NCBI GenBank assembly: GCA_964385615.1
Contig: CAYLPP010000003.1
Location: 203,288-267,287 of the forward strand
Source of the DNA: an uncultured bacterium
GTDB lineage: Bacteria > Omnitrophota > Omnitrophia > Omnitrophales > Aquincolibacteriaceae
Reading direction: 5' to 3'
DNA length: 64,000 nt
The notes beneath the pieces are model-generated. The model was not told where the DNA came from, ran no database searches, and saw nothing but the letters and a program-made list of their open reading frames with translations. Shown one piece after another: positions 37,808-49,072 of the stretch. The stretch's first letter is position 1, and every line of letters begins with the position of its first letter. The position numbers and the translations under genes are program-made.

Positions 37808-39106
37808 TTAGGCTGAAAGCCCGGTGCGTTTGAAAATTTTATCCACGTTTTTTAAATGATATTCATAATTAAAAACTTCGTTAATCTCCTTGGGAGAAAG
37901 GTGCTTGAGAATCTTGGGATCCTTGAGCACCACGTCTTTAAGCTTGGCGTTATCCTCCCAGACTTTCTTGGCGGCATCCTGCACAAGCTTATAGCCTTCC
38001 TCGCGCGTCAAATTTTTCTGCACCAGCTTGAGCAAAAGCCCCTGAGAAAAAACCATGCCCCGGCTTTTTTCCAGATTGGCCATCATGTTTTCATCAAGCA
38101 CCAGCAGGTTCTTGATGACCGTCTGCATACAACCGATCATGTAATCCAGAAGAATCGTGCTGTCGGGGAAAATCACACGCTCGACGGAAGAGTGCGTGAT
38201 ATCACGTTCGTGCCAAAGCGCCACGTTTTCCATGGCCGCCATCGCGTTGCCCCGGAGAATACGGGCAAGACCCGCGACACGCTCGCAGGTAATCGGGTTG
38301 CGTTTGTGAGGCATGGCCGAAGAACCCTTCTGCCCTTCGCCGAAAGATTCCTGAACTTCAAGGGTTTCGGTTTTCTGCAAGCCCCGGATCTCAGTGGCCA
38401 GTTTTTCAAGCGAGCTTCCGACAATGGCCAGCGTGGACATATATTCCGCGTGGCGGTCACGCTGAACAATCTGCGTGGAAACCGGCGCCGGCTTCAGCCC
38501 CAATTTTTTACAAACCATTTCTTCCACTTTTGGGTCGACGTTGGCAAATGTTCCAACCGCGCCGGAAATTTTTCCGAAAGCGATTCCTTCCGCCGCAATC
38601 TCCATGCGTTTCAGATTTCTTTTAAATTCCTCATAGAAAAGCGCCATCTTCAAACCAAAAGTAATCGGTTCCGCGTGCACACCGTGACTGCGGCCGACCA
38701 TCAGGGTCTTTTTGTGCTGTTTAGCTTTGGAAGCGATGATCTCGATTAATTTCTTCAATTCACGGATCAGAATGGTAGAAGCATCTTTAATCTGAAGGGC
38801 AAGACCGGTATCAAGAATATCGGAGGAAGTCAGGCCGTAGTGAACGTAACGGCCGTCAGGGCCGACGTTTTCAGCCAGGTTGGTCAAAAACGCGATCACA
38901 TCGTGCTGAACCACTTTTTCGATTTCGCGCACACGCTCAAGGTCAAACTTCGCCTTTTTGCGGACTTTCGCGGGAATATCTTTAGGAATGTCGCCGTTAG
39001 CAGCCAGCGCGTCAAGCGCGGCTAATTCCACATCAAGCCATTTTTGAACTTTGTTTTGCTCAGTCCAAATCGAGCCCATTTCGGGGCGGGTATAACGGTT
39101 AATCAT
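37808..39106 (-). CDS. purB: adenylosuccinate lyase
   Basis: 432 aa with MINRYTRPEM...GLTSSDILDT...GSSAMPHKRNP, the fumarate lyase signature. Confidence 0.9.
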   Translation of the reverse strand: MINRYTRPEMGSIWTEQNKVQKWLDVELAALDALAANGDIPKDIPAKVRKKAKFDLERVREIEKVVQHDVIAFLTNLAENVGPDGRYVHYGLTSSDILDTGLALQIKDASTILIRELKKLIEIIASKAKQHKKTLMVGRSHGVHAEPITFGLKMALFYEEFKRNLKRMEIAAEGIAFGKISGAVGTFANVDPKVEEMVCKKLGLKPAPVSTQIVQRDRHAEYMSTLAIVGSSLEKLATEIRGLQKTETLEVQESFGEGQKGSSAMPHKRNPITCERVAGLARILRGNAMAAMENVALWHERDITHSSVERVIFPDSTILLDYMIGCMQTVIKNLLVLDENMMANLEKSRGMVFSQGLLLKLVQKNLTREEGYKLVQDAAKKVWEDNAKLKDVVLKDPKILKHLSPKEINEVFNYEYHLKNVDKIFKRTGLSA

Positions 39107-39128
39107 AGTAATATTCTTTCTTTATATA

Positions 39129-39206
39129 TGGTAGCGCTAACGGGATTTAAACCCGTGTCTTCACCGTGAGAGGGTGACGTCCTAGATCGGGCTAGACGAT
39201 AGCGCC
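39129..39206 (-). tRNA. tRNA-Glu (anticodon CUC)
   Basis: The reverse complement folds as a cloverleaf. The acceptor stem is GGCGCUA/UAGCGCU with A73 and CCA encoded. The D-arm UCGUCUAG... resembles bacterial tRNA-Glu. The anticodon stem is UCACC/GGUGA with loop CUCUCAC, and the T-arm is ACGGG-UUUAAAU-CCCGU. Confidence 0.8.
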
Positions 39207-39224
39207 CTGTTTTCCCCTAACGGG

Positions 39225-39494
39225 TTAAAAACGTCTCTTTAATTCACTAACATCGCGGTCAAGCTGGCGCAAGCGGTCCTGATCGAAACGGCGGTCCCGT
39301 TCCATATCGTTCAGCCGGCGTTCAAGCTCATTGACCTTGGCTTTCAAAAGGGAATAATGATCACTGACAAGCTCTTCAGCGTTACGCGATGGCTTCTTCA
39401 CGTCGGGTGCCGAAAAATCCCCATCCACTTCCGCAGCGGCAAGTCCCGCTCCGGTCACGCAAAAAATTGCTGCAAGCAACAGGATTTTCTTCAT
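39225..39494 (-). CDS. small secreted coiled-coil protein (hypothetical)
   Basis: MKKILLLAAIFCVTGAGLAAA is a signal peptide, followed by a charged helical segment (ELERRLNDMERDRRFDQDRLRQLDRDVSELKRRF). Confidence 0.4.
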   Translation of the reverse strand: MKKILLLAAIFCVTGAGLAAAEVDGDFSAPDVKKPSRNAEELVSDHYSLLKAKVNELERRLNDMERDRRFDQDRLRQLDRDVSELKRRF

Positions 39495-39569
39495 GAATCC
39501 CCCAAGATTTGAGGGGTGAGTATAACATGACGGGCCCTGGAACGGCAATCAGGTTGTGGCGGGAAATAT

Positions 39570-39704
39570 GTCAACCTTCGGGCACTTGCGCCCATGCGCA
39601 AGTATCTCGCGGTGACGTCTAAGGAATACGTCAACCTCTCGGACACTTGCGCCCATGCGCAAGTATCTCGCGGTGACGTCTAAGGAATACGTCAACCGCG
39701 AGGA
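39570..39704. repeat. 61-bp tandem direct repeat (2.2 copies) with an internal palindrome, directly 3' of xerD
   Basis: Copy 1 is 39570-39629 and copy 2 is 39630-39690; they are near-identical (2 substitutions plus 1 indel). A partial third copy overlaps the xerD stop codon. Each unit contains the inverted repeat ACTTGCGC-CCAT-GCGCAAGT and a GTGACGTC motif. Confidence 0.8.
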
Positions 39705-40573
39705 TGGTATTTGGCGTGAACGGATTTAAGCCGGTCTCGTGAAACGTGGGTGTAGATCTGCGTGGTGGAGATATCAGAGTGGCCCAGAAGCTCCTGAACG
39801 ACACGAAGGTCCGCGCCCCTTTCCAATAAGTGCGTGGCGAAAGAGTGCCGGAAGGTGTGCGGGGTGATTTCCTTTTGGATCCCGGCCGCTTTTGCGTATT
39901 TCTTGATCATCTGCCAGACGCCGATCCGGTTGAGCTTCCGGCCTCCCCGCCCCAGAAAAAGTTCTCCGGCGGGACTTTTAATTTTGCTCCGGTCTTTTTC
40001 TATGTACGCTTTGCAGAGCTGAAGCGCCCGACGGCCGACTGGAACCAGCCGTTCCTTGCTTCCCTTCCCTTTGCACCGGACAAAAGCCCCTTCAAAATTC
40101 AAATCCCCTGTCTGAAGATTCACGAGTTCGGAAACCCGCATTCCGGTCGCGTAAAGAAGCTCCAGCAAAGCGCGGTCGCGAAGCTGAACTTTGGAAGACG
40201 CGATTAATTTTAAAAAGGCGTCCATTTCCATAAGAGACAAAAACTGAGGCAGACGCTTCCACAGGCGGGGTGATTCAATCACGCTGGTCACATCTTCTTT
40301 TAAATAGCGTTCCTTCAGAAGGAACCGGTGAAAAACTTTTACAGCTACCAGCCGGCGCGCGATGCTCGCGGCTTCAAGGCCCCGCTTTTTTTCAGCGATC
40401 AGAAAATCCATAATATGACTGCGTTTGACATCTTCCCATTTGGCGATATTTCCAGATTCCATGTACCCCCGGTAAGTTTCCAAGTCGCGGGTGTAGGCCT
40501 CAAGCGTATTTTCGGACAGGCCTTTTTCCACGGAAAGATAATCGAGGAATTCACGGACGTATGCGAGCTTCAT
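39692..40573 (-). CDS. xerD: tyrosine site-specific recombinase XerD/XerC
   Basis: 293 aa with LSENTLEAYTRDL, ELLYATGMRVSEL, and HTFRHSFATHLLERGADLRVVQELLGHSDISTTQIYTHV (R-H-R-Y catalytic residues). Confidence 0.85.
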   Translation of the reverse strand: MKLAYVREFLDYLSVEKGLSENTLEAYTRDLETYRGYMESGNIAKWEDVKRSHIMDFLIAEKKRGLEAASIARRLVAVKVFHRFLLKERYLKEDVTSVIESPRLWKRLPQFLSLMEMDAFLKLIASSKVQLRDRALLELLYATGMRVSELVNLQTGDLNFEGAFVRCKGKGSKERLVPVGRRALQLCKAYIEKDRSKIKSPAGELFLGRGGRKLNRIGVWQMIKKYAKAAGIQKEITPHTFRHSFATHLLERGADLRVVQELLGHSDISTTQIYTHVSRDRLKSVHAKYHPRG

Positions 40574-40609
40574 ACTGCTTTTATCGGCGGAAGAACCGGG
40601 AGGCTTGAC

Positions 40610-41005
40610 TCAGGCGGCTTTTTTATCGCGAAATTCGGTGTCCCGGGCAATCGAGCTTTCAATGGCATTAAAAAGACTTTGAGCGGTAAAAGGTTTATCG
40701 AGAATCATAAAAGCGCCTTTCCCGAGGAAATCTTCACGGGGCACTCCGTCCACGGCCGTGACAATAATCACCGGAAGGTCCGGCCATTGCCGGCGGAGCC
40801 AGGGAAGCATCTGGCGCCCGTCAAATAGAGGCATCCGCACATCCAGAAGAATACAGTCCGGCTGAAACTGGCGGATTCGATTAATGCTGTGAGTAGGCTT
40901 CTCACAGAAAGCCGCTTCATATCCGTTTTCTAAAAGAAGTTGAGACGTTTCTCTTAAAAAAGACGTGTCGTCGTCAATCAGGAAAACTTTTCTCGGTTTT
41001 TTCAT
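40610..41005 (-). CDS. stand-alone response regulator receiver domain (CheY-like)
   Basis: 131 aa with VFLIDDD, the phospho-acceptor D in LLDVRMP, and T/K motifs. There is no output domain and no adjacent histidine kinase. Confidence 0.7.
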   Translation of the reverse strand: MKKPRKVFLIDDDTSFLRETSQLLLENGYEAAFCEKPTHSINRIRQFQPDCILLDVRMPLFDGRQMLPWLRRQWPDLPVIIVTAVDGVPREDFLGKGAFMILDKPFTAQSLFNAIESSIARDTEFRDKKAA

Positions 41006-41115
41006 TAGTTAAAGTTTACAAGTCGAAGGCAGGAACAGCCAAACCAAATGAGAGGATTTATCTTAATAAATAACTTTAAGATTTCAGGAAAGAGCCTTAT
41101 GAGCGGTATGTCAGT

Positions 41116-43837
<2,722 letters not shown>

Positions 43838-43838
<1 letters not shown>

Positions 43839-44113
43839 CAGGGGCGGATTGAAAATGTTTTGAAACTGTTTTCAGGTTCAGACCAGGAGGTTTCCAGATC
43901 CCGGATATAAGCATTCATCCGCGATTCACGCACGGCCTTTAAAAATGCCTGGGCTTCTTTTTCTTCGCCTTCCGCCGTCAACTCAACCCGGCCGTCAGGA
44001 AGATTGCGGACGAAACCCGTCACATCAAAGCGCCGGGAAACTTCCTGAACCGTAAAACGAAACCCCACGCCCTGCACCGTTCCGCTGAAATAAACCTTCA
44101 ACTGCTTTTTCAT
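43838..44113 (-). CDS. acyP: acylphosphatase
   Basis: [17 protein letters not shown]...[13 protein letters not shown], a typical acylphosphatase. The ATG at 44113 overlaps the upstream TGA (ATGA), so the ORF-track start is trimmed. Confidence 0.75.
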
Positions 44114-44640
44114 AAGGCTCCGGTCCGTTTCTTTAGAATGGATCTCAGATGATAAACCGCAATTCCAAAGGCGACGGTCACAGTGAGGGACTTTTTCAGA
44201 CACGACATTTCAATTTCGACCTCCGTGTCCGCAAGGTCAAGCAGGCTATCACACACACCGCCGGTTTCATTGCCCAGCACCAGACAGATTTTTCCGTCCG
44301 GCTCAAAGCTCTCAACCGGAAGGCTCCGGTCAGTCTGCTCCAGAAGCACGATCTGATAACCTTCAGCCTTAAGCTTTTGAACACAGGCGCGGGCATCCGC
44401 GCAAAACTCCCAGGCGACTTCGTTTTCAGCACCCAGCGCGGTTTTGGAAATTTTAGAAGAAGGCGGAATTCCGGTAATCCCGCACAGCCAGATTTTTTCG
44501 ATCCCCGCGCCGTCTGCCGTGCGGAAAATGGAACCCACGTTGTAAAGACTCCGGATATTATTGAGAACAACGGTTATCGGAAGGCGCGCGGAACGGACTT
44601 CCTGACGGGAAACCAGCTGGGCATGGGAAAGCTTTTGCAT
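44110..44640 (-). CDS. SpoU/TrmH-family RNA 2'-O-methyltransferase
   Basis: 176 aa with the SPOUT motifs [22 protein letters not shown] and a C-terminal knot region. Confidence 0.75.
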   Translation of the reverse strand: MQKLSHAQLVSRQEVRSARLPITVVLNNIRSLYNVGSIFRTADGAGIEKIWLCGITGIPPSSKISKTALGAENEVAWEFCADARACVQKLKAEGYQIVLLEQTDRSLPVESFEPDGKICLVLGNETGGVCDSLLDLADTEVEIEMSCLKKSLTVTVAFGIAVYHLRSILKKRTGAL

Positions 44641-44698
44641 GAGGGATTTTATCAGACAAAAACACGGCGGAGCAACAGGAAGCTCTCCAGTGAGAATT

Positions 44699-45100
44699 TT
44701 AAGTCAGTTTGCCGTCAAGAACCAAACTGCGTAAAAGCCCGCGATGTTCCGGCCGAATCTCCTCAAATAAAACACCCACCCGGTAAACCTTGTAGCGAAT
44801 GTCCAGCGGACGAATCCAGACCACGCGACCCAGAATGGGAATATCCTGATTGCGCTCGATCAGATTGATAACCATTTGAATCATACTGCCGGTCGCGAGT
44901 TTTTGGCGGGCAGTAAACTGAAGACCGCCTTCGGAAAGATCCACAATATTCGTGAGAAGTTCAGGTGATCGGGCGGAAGGATCATAGTACTTAAGCAGAT
45001 TAAAAGAGGATATACGCTGATAAGCGCGGTTCATTTTGCGCTTACGCTGCAGAATTCTATCCTTAAACTTCATGAGTCCCGCCCAGCGAATAACGAGCAT
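44699..45100 (-). CDS. PilZ domain protein (putative c-di-GMP receptor)
   Basis: RKRKMNR (RxxxR) followed by DLSEGGLQF (DxSxGG). The ATG at 45100 has AGAGGGG upstream. Confidence 0.6.
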   Translation of the reverse strand: MLVIRWAGLMKFKDRILQRKRKMNRAYQRISSFNLLKYYDPSARSPELLTNIVDLSEGGLQFTARQKLATGSMIQMVINLIERNQDIPILGRVVWIRPLDIRYKVYRVGVLFEEIRPEHRGLLRSLVLDGKLT

Positions 45101-45162
45101 AAACCCCTCTTTTTAAAGCAACGATTAAAAGGTACACGCCTCTGAGGGGGTTTACAAGAAGT

Positions 45163-45759
45163 TTAGGCAGTAATTTTTCGAAATAAATCCCGGTAATTAA
45201 AAACCGCGGGCAGGTCCTTACATTCCTTACGGATATTGGCGGGAGGGTTGAAAAGCACACCCCGGTCAGCGGTGCGGAGCATGGTCAGATCATTATAGGA
45301 ATCCCCCGCAGCCGCGATTTTAAAACCGGCCGACCGTAGGGCTTTGACGGCCTTGCGCTTGCCGTCTTTCTGGCGAAGGGTGTAACCGGAAATGAAGCCT
45401 TTCTTGTCTGAGTGAAGCTGATTGCAGAAAATCGTGGGGTATCCCAGCTGGGCCATCAGGGGCCCCGCGAACTCATAGAAAGTATCGGAAAGAATAATGA
45501 CCTGCCCTTTTTGGCGAAGGGAATCCAGAAATGCTTTCGCCCCCGGAAGCGGTTTCAAGGTGGAAATGACTTTTTGAATGTCCTTAAGGCGAATCCCCGC
45601 CTTCTTCAGGATGCCGATTCGGTACTTCATCAGCTTATCGTAATCGGGAATATCGCGGGTGGTCAGGCGCAGGGACTTCATGCGGAACTTCCTGGAAACC
45701 CCGATCCAGATTTCGGGTACCAGAACTCCTTCAAGATCGAGGCAGTAAATCGTAGGCAT
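45163..45759 (-). CDS. thrH: ThrH-like HAD phosphatase (phosphoserine phosphatase/homoserine phosphotransferase family)
   Basis: MPTIYCLDLEGVLVPEIWI...TTRDIPDYD...ILSDTFYEF...AAGDSYND aligns closely with Pseudomonas ThrH. The ORF-track TTG start at 45786 is trimmed to the ATG at 45759. Confidence 0.75.
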   Translation of the reverse strand: MPTIYCLDLEGVLVPEIWIGVSRKFRMKSLRLTTRDIPDYDKLMKYRIGILKKAGIRLKDIQKVISTLKPLPGAKAFLDSLRQKGQVIILSDTFYEFAGPLMAQLGYPTIFCNQLHSDKKGFISGYTLRQKDGKRKAVKALRSAGFKIAAAGDSYNDLTMLRTADRGVLFNPPANIRKECKDLPAVFNYRDLFRKITA

Positions 45760-45784
45760 GCGATAACGTATCAGAAAAATGGGC

Positions 45785-45821
45785 AAAAAAAAAGCCCGGC
45801 TTTTTTCAGCCGGGCTTTTTT
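45785..45821 (-). terminator. rho-independent terminator downstream of cspA (bidirectional hairpin)
   Basis: GCCCGGC-TTTTTTCA-GCCGGGC flanked by an A9 run (a U-run on the minus strand) and a T6 run. Confidence 0.7.
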
Positions 45822-45829
45822 CCCGTCAA

Positions 45830-46042
45830 TTAAACCTTCTTGACGTTGGTGGCCTGATCGCCTTTGGGGCCCTTGGTCACTTCAAACTCGACCGCTTGGC
45901 CTTCCTGCAAAGACTTGAATCCTTCCCCCAGAATCGCGGTATGATGGACAAACACATCACTGCCTGAATCGCGGGAAATGAACCCATAGCCCTTAGCATT
46001 GTCAAACCACTTCACTGTTCCTTTAGCCATGTCTATTTCCAC
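45830..46042 (-). CDS. cspA: cold-shock protein (CspA family)
   Basis: 70 aa with [15 protein letters not shown] (RNP1) and VFVHH (RNP2). Confidence 0.9.
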   Translation of the reverse strand: MEIDMAKGTVKWFDNAKGYGFISRDSGSDVFVHHTAILGEGFKSLQEGQAVEFEVTKGPKGDQATNVKKV

Positions 46043-46107
46043 CTTTCGTTGAAATTATAGTAAAAAATGAAAGGCTCCCCGGATTCAGGGAGTTTCTTCA
46101 GCTTATA

Positions 46108-46147
46108 GCCCGTAAAACACAAAAAAACCGTAAGGCAAATTCACGAT
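46108..46147 (-). terminator. putative rho-independent terminator between the mobA-like gene and the cspA leader
   Basis: On the minus strand, CCGTAAGG-N14-CCTTACGG is followed by a T7 run. Confidence 0.55.
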
Positions 46148-46271
46148 CACCTTACGGAATAAGTTTTACGCAATTCATACTATTGGCGTCAATACTGAAC
46201 GAATCCCGAAAGCCTGTCAAGCGTTAATTCTACGGCTTAAAACAGCCGCACTTTAGCCTGATTTTAGAGAC

Positions 46272-46829
46272 TCAGGAAGCTTTAACTGCTGGGATTTGCT
46301 CAGGTTTTAGTGATGGAACCCCTTGCACCACTGCTACTTCCATCAATCGCCAGAGAGAAGTCTCTCCCCGCTCCAGGAGAAGTCGGATTAAGTGCCGGGT
46401 GGCCCGCAGATAGACACCTGGAAACGGCTTAGGCTGTCCTGAATCATCCTCCAGACAGACAATGTCATAGTCCGCTTTATGGCGGGCTGCCAGACTGCGG
46501 ACCATGACTTCATTGAGGCATTCAGGCTCACAAGTCAGCACAAAGCAGGCTTGGTGAAGCGAGTAGGAAAGACCCGTGTAAAGCGCCGCCAACGGCCCCT
46601 GGTTTTCAAATAAATCCGCCAGCACCGTCGCCCGCCCTAAGTCGAGGCCTTCAAACTTTTGGTCCTTATTCACGATGATGAAGGTTTCACTGAAAACGGC
46701 TGAAGAAAACCGCACCAAAGCTTCTAACATGGTTTCGGGACCAAACGGCTGCATCGCCCGGGTTTTACCCACCCTTGCATTTTTACCGCCCGCCAGAATG
46801 ATAGCGGTCATCGCGATTTTAGGTTCCAT
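46272..46829 (-). CDS. MobA-like NTP-transferase (molybdenum cofactor guanylyltransferase family)
   Basis: IILAGGKNARVG (LAGGxxxRMG-like), then GPLAALYTGL and CEP (CD.P-like) motifs. Confidence 0.65.
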   Translation of the reverse strand: MEPKIAMTAIILAGGKNARVGKTRAMQPFGPETMLEALVRFSSAVFSETFIIVNKDQKFEGLDLGRATVLADLFENQGPLAALYTGLSYSLHQACFVLTCEPECLNEVMVRSLAARHKADYDIVCLEDDSGQPKPFPGVYLRATRHLIRLLLERGETSLWRLMEVAVVQGVPSLKPEQIPAVKAS

Positions 46830-46839
46830 AGTAATTCCT

Positions 46840-47022
46840 TCAGGATAAAAAGCGTTTGAGAACAGCGTCCCGCTTGCGGAAATCTTCCTGCCCCCTGTCT
46901 TCCTCTATATCCGTAAAACGGCTCCTGCGATGCTTAAGCAGGAGGTATTCCTGACGCATTTTTTCTTCCCGCTGAACCCAGAACCGGATCATGGTTTCAA
47001 GAGCTTGAGTGCTTCTTTCCAC
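46840..47022 (-). CDS. small hypothetical protein (60 aa)
   Basis: An ORF 10 bp upstream of the mobA-like start, with no similarity recognised. Low coding confidence. Confidence 0.25.
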   Translation of the reverse strand: MERSTQALETMIRFWVQREEKMRQEYLLLKHRRSRFTDIEEDRGQEDFRKRDAVLKRFLS

Positions 47023-47042
47023 GGCAATCCTCCTTGAGTTTC

Positions 47043-47082
47043 AAAAAAAAAGCGTTCAACACTTTTAACAAGTATTGAACGC
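47043..47082 (-). terminator. putative rho-independent terminator
   Basis: On the minus strand, GCGTTCAA-N15-TTGAACGC is followed by a T9 run, just downstream of the 47224 stop. Confidence 0.55.
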
Positions 47083-47223
47083 CTTTGTTCGGTTTAAAAA
47101 TGACGGTTCCTTCACAAATCCGTCGCACAATTTTGTCTTCGAGGCTTCTTCATCAAGCTAAAAGCGGAGACACGGACAATAATGCAATCACCGTGCCAAT
47201 TCAGGAGGAAAATTAGGGGAGAT

Positions 47224-47775
47224 TTAAAGAAAATTCCACTTACTAAAAGAAGCTGCCTGGCCCGCAAACCGGCCGTCCGCATCCCGCAGGTTCCAAACCG
47301 TGGCTTGCTGGATTTCAAACCTCCGGCCTCGGCTTGAAACGCGGATACCTCGATAATCATCAATATAGCCCTGCCGGCGAACCGTTTCTAAAAATTTCTC
47401 ACGAGCCTGTCTTTCCATCGGCTCCGCCGTATGACGGCCGGGAGTTTTCACCAGAACATCCCATGTCATTTCCCAGAGTTCAAGGGCGCGGAGGTTACCG
47501 TAATTCAAGACAGGGTCTTCTTCTGCTCCGGATGAAACCAGAACAAAGGGAGCTTCATAAACTTCACGGATGAGAACTTCATCCGGCCGGTCTTCCGGCC
47601 ATAAACTAGTTCCCTTCCAATGCCGGTAACTTGAAAGGATTAACCGGGTTTGGCGGATTAAATAAGACGCCTCGCAAGGAGGAAAAGACTCAGCGGACAC
47701 GGATCGACTTTCCTTCAAATTCCACCTGATGCCCGGATCTGACTTTAAAAGCTTTACGGGTTTCCACTTCACCAT
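47224..47775 (-). CDS. hypothetical protein, possibly MEKHLA/PAS-like
   Basis: 183 aa. The C-terminal half (LVSSGAEEDPVLNYGNLRALELWEMTWDVLV...) resembles MEKHLA domains. The start is uncertain because the ORF-track start overlaps the S4 gene by 86 bp. Confidence 0.4.
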   Translation of the reverse strand: MVKWKPVKLLKSDPGIRWNLKESRSVSAESFPPCEASYLIRQTRLILSSYRHWKGTSLWPEDRPDEVLIREVYEAPFVLVSSGAEEDPVLNYGNLRALELWEMTWDVLVKTPGRHTAEPMERQAREKFLETVRRQGYIDDYRGIRVSSRGRRFEIQQATVWNLRDADGRFAGQAASFSKWNFL

Positions 47776-47902
47776 TCACGCAAACCATCCCCGCGGCAAT
47801 TGTTTGCTTGGCCGTACCGCCGCTCCCGCAAAATCCGGTCACTTTTAAAAGCTTGTAAAGCTCGATGAACTCTGTTTTCAATTCAAATTCAATCGTTTCC
47901 AT
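47690..47902 (-). CDS. S4-domain RNA-binding protein (YbcJ/YaaA-like)
   Basis: 70 aa with LYKLLKVTGFCGSGGTAKQTIAAGMVCVNGEVETRKAFKVRSGHQVEF matching the YbcJ S4 fold. Confidence 0.7.
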   Translation of the reverse strand: METIEFELKTEFIELYKLLKVTGFCGSGGTAKQTIAAGMVCVNGEVETRKAFKVRSGHQVEFEGKSIRVR

Positions 47903-47987
47903 AAAACTCCATAGTTTCCGGCATTATAGCAAACCTCAGCGGAAAATAGCATTTCCCGGACAAGCAGACCTTCTTTATAATGCTTAA

Positions 47988-48581
47988 ATGAAAATTTTAC
48001 GCGGTCTGCTTATTTTAATTTCACTGACACTGCCTTCCCTTTGCCTTTCGGCCGCCGAGTACACCTACAACCAGGATAAAAGCAAAGTTCTTTTCACGCT
48101 CAAGCATCTCAATATCGTTACTGTTTCAGGCTGGTTCAAAAAATTTGAAGGCAGTTTCGATTTCGATCCCGCGAAAATCGAAGGTTCCTCCGTGCGTTTG
48201 AGAATTGAATGTGCCAGCCTGGACTCAGGCAACAAAATGCGCGACCGGGAGTTGAGAGGTAAGAACTTTTTCTGGGCGGAGAAATACCCTTTAATCACTT
48301 TCACCAGCGAGGCGTTTAAAGACGTACAGGGAACTTCTTTCAACATTTACGGGAATTTAACCATTAGAGGAAAAACGGTACCGGTCATTTTTAAAACGGA
48401 CATGCTGACTCCAAAAGAGAACGCCGCCCCCGGGAAACCCATCCGCTTCAAAACCGAAACCTTTATCCACCGTAAGGATTTTCAGCTCGGCACGGGGAAT
48501 ATTTTTGACCCGATCATGGCTCTGACAAACGAAATCCTGCGCATTAGCCTGGAAGTTGAGGGCATTCCCGCTTCCGCATGA
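47988..48581 (+). CDS. YceI-family periplasmic protein
   Basis: 197 aa with a signal peptide and the YceI-like beta-barrel motifs (FTLKHLNIVTVSGWFKKFEGSFDFD). Confidence 0.8.
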   Translation: MKILRGLLILISLTLPSLCLSAAEYTYNQDKSKVLFTLKHLNIVTVSGWFKKFEGSFDFDPAKIEGSSVRLRIECASLDSGNKMRDRELRGKNFFWAEKYPLITFTSEAFKDVQGTSFNIYGNLTIRGKTVPVIFKTDMLTPKENAAPGKPIRFKTETFIHRKDFQLGTGNIFDPIMALTNEILRISLEVEGIPASA

Positions 48582-49072
48582 TTTATATTCTGGACGCTTA
48601 TAACCTTATCCATAAAATCCGCCGTTTCGATAAAGCGCTGGACCGGAACCTCCAGACCGCCCGGGAAGCCCTCATCACCTTCTGCAGTCAGTGGGCGGAA
48701 AAACGCGGAGACGTTTCAGAAATCATTTTGGTGTTTGACGGCCGTTCCGAATTCCGTGACCTGAACCACCCGGCGGCGCCTAAAGTCCGGCTGGTTTTTT
48801 CTGAAACAGGCGAAGACGCGGACGAGAGAATTATTACAGTTCTGGAAGACTTGGGAAACAAACGCAAATGCGTGGTCTCTGACGACAATTTTGTGCGCAA
48901 TCAGGCCCGCTCGCACCAGACGCCGTCTCTTTCCGCAGCAGAATTTGAAGCACTGGTTACCGCCGCACCAAAATTGAAGCCTCAGCCGCCGATTCCCGGA
49001 AAATCAAATCTTCCCAGAGAAATTGCCGACGAAATTACCGAAGAATACAAAAAAAAGCTCGGCCTTAACTGA
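48578..49072 (+). CDS. NYN-domain ribonuclease (YacP/Rae1-like)
   Basis: MIYILDAYNLIHKI...ILVFDG...VVSDDN aligns with B. subtilis YacP. The ATGA overlap with yceI fits co-transcription. Confidence 0.7.
   Translation: MIYILDAYNLIHKIRRFDKALDRNLQTAREALITFCSQWAEKRGDVSEIILVFDGRSEFRDLNHPAAPKVRLVFSETGEDADERIITVLEDLGNKRKCVVSDDNFVRNQARSHQTPSLSAAEFEALVTAAPKLKPQPPIPGKSNLPREIADEITEEYKKKLGLN

Noticed and set aside
39570-39704. Possible CRISPR array
   Set aside because: There are only 2.2 directly abutting copies of a 61-bp unit with no intervening unique spacers and no cas genes. It is a tandem repeat, not CRISPR.
39692-40573. Phage-type integrase marking a genomic island next to tRNA-Glu
   Set aside because: The protein carries the full XerC/XerD chromosomal-dimer-resolvase signature rather than phage-integrase features, and the flanking genes are housekeeping (purB, ligA). 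Island interpretation not supported.
45063-45260. 65-aa ORF between PilZ and thrH-like genes
   Set aside because: It overlaps the PilZ gene's preferred start/RBS region and has no SD or similarity. It is probably non-coding intergenic sequence.
47112-47363. 83-aa minus-strand ORF overlapping the terminator hairpin and the 3' end of the MEKHLA-like gene
   Set aside because: It spans a predicted terminator and overlaps a longer ORF in another frame, with no coding signal.
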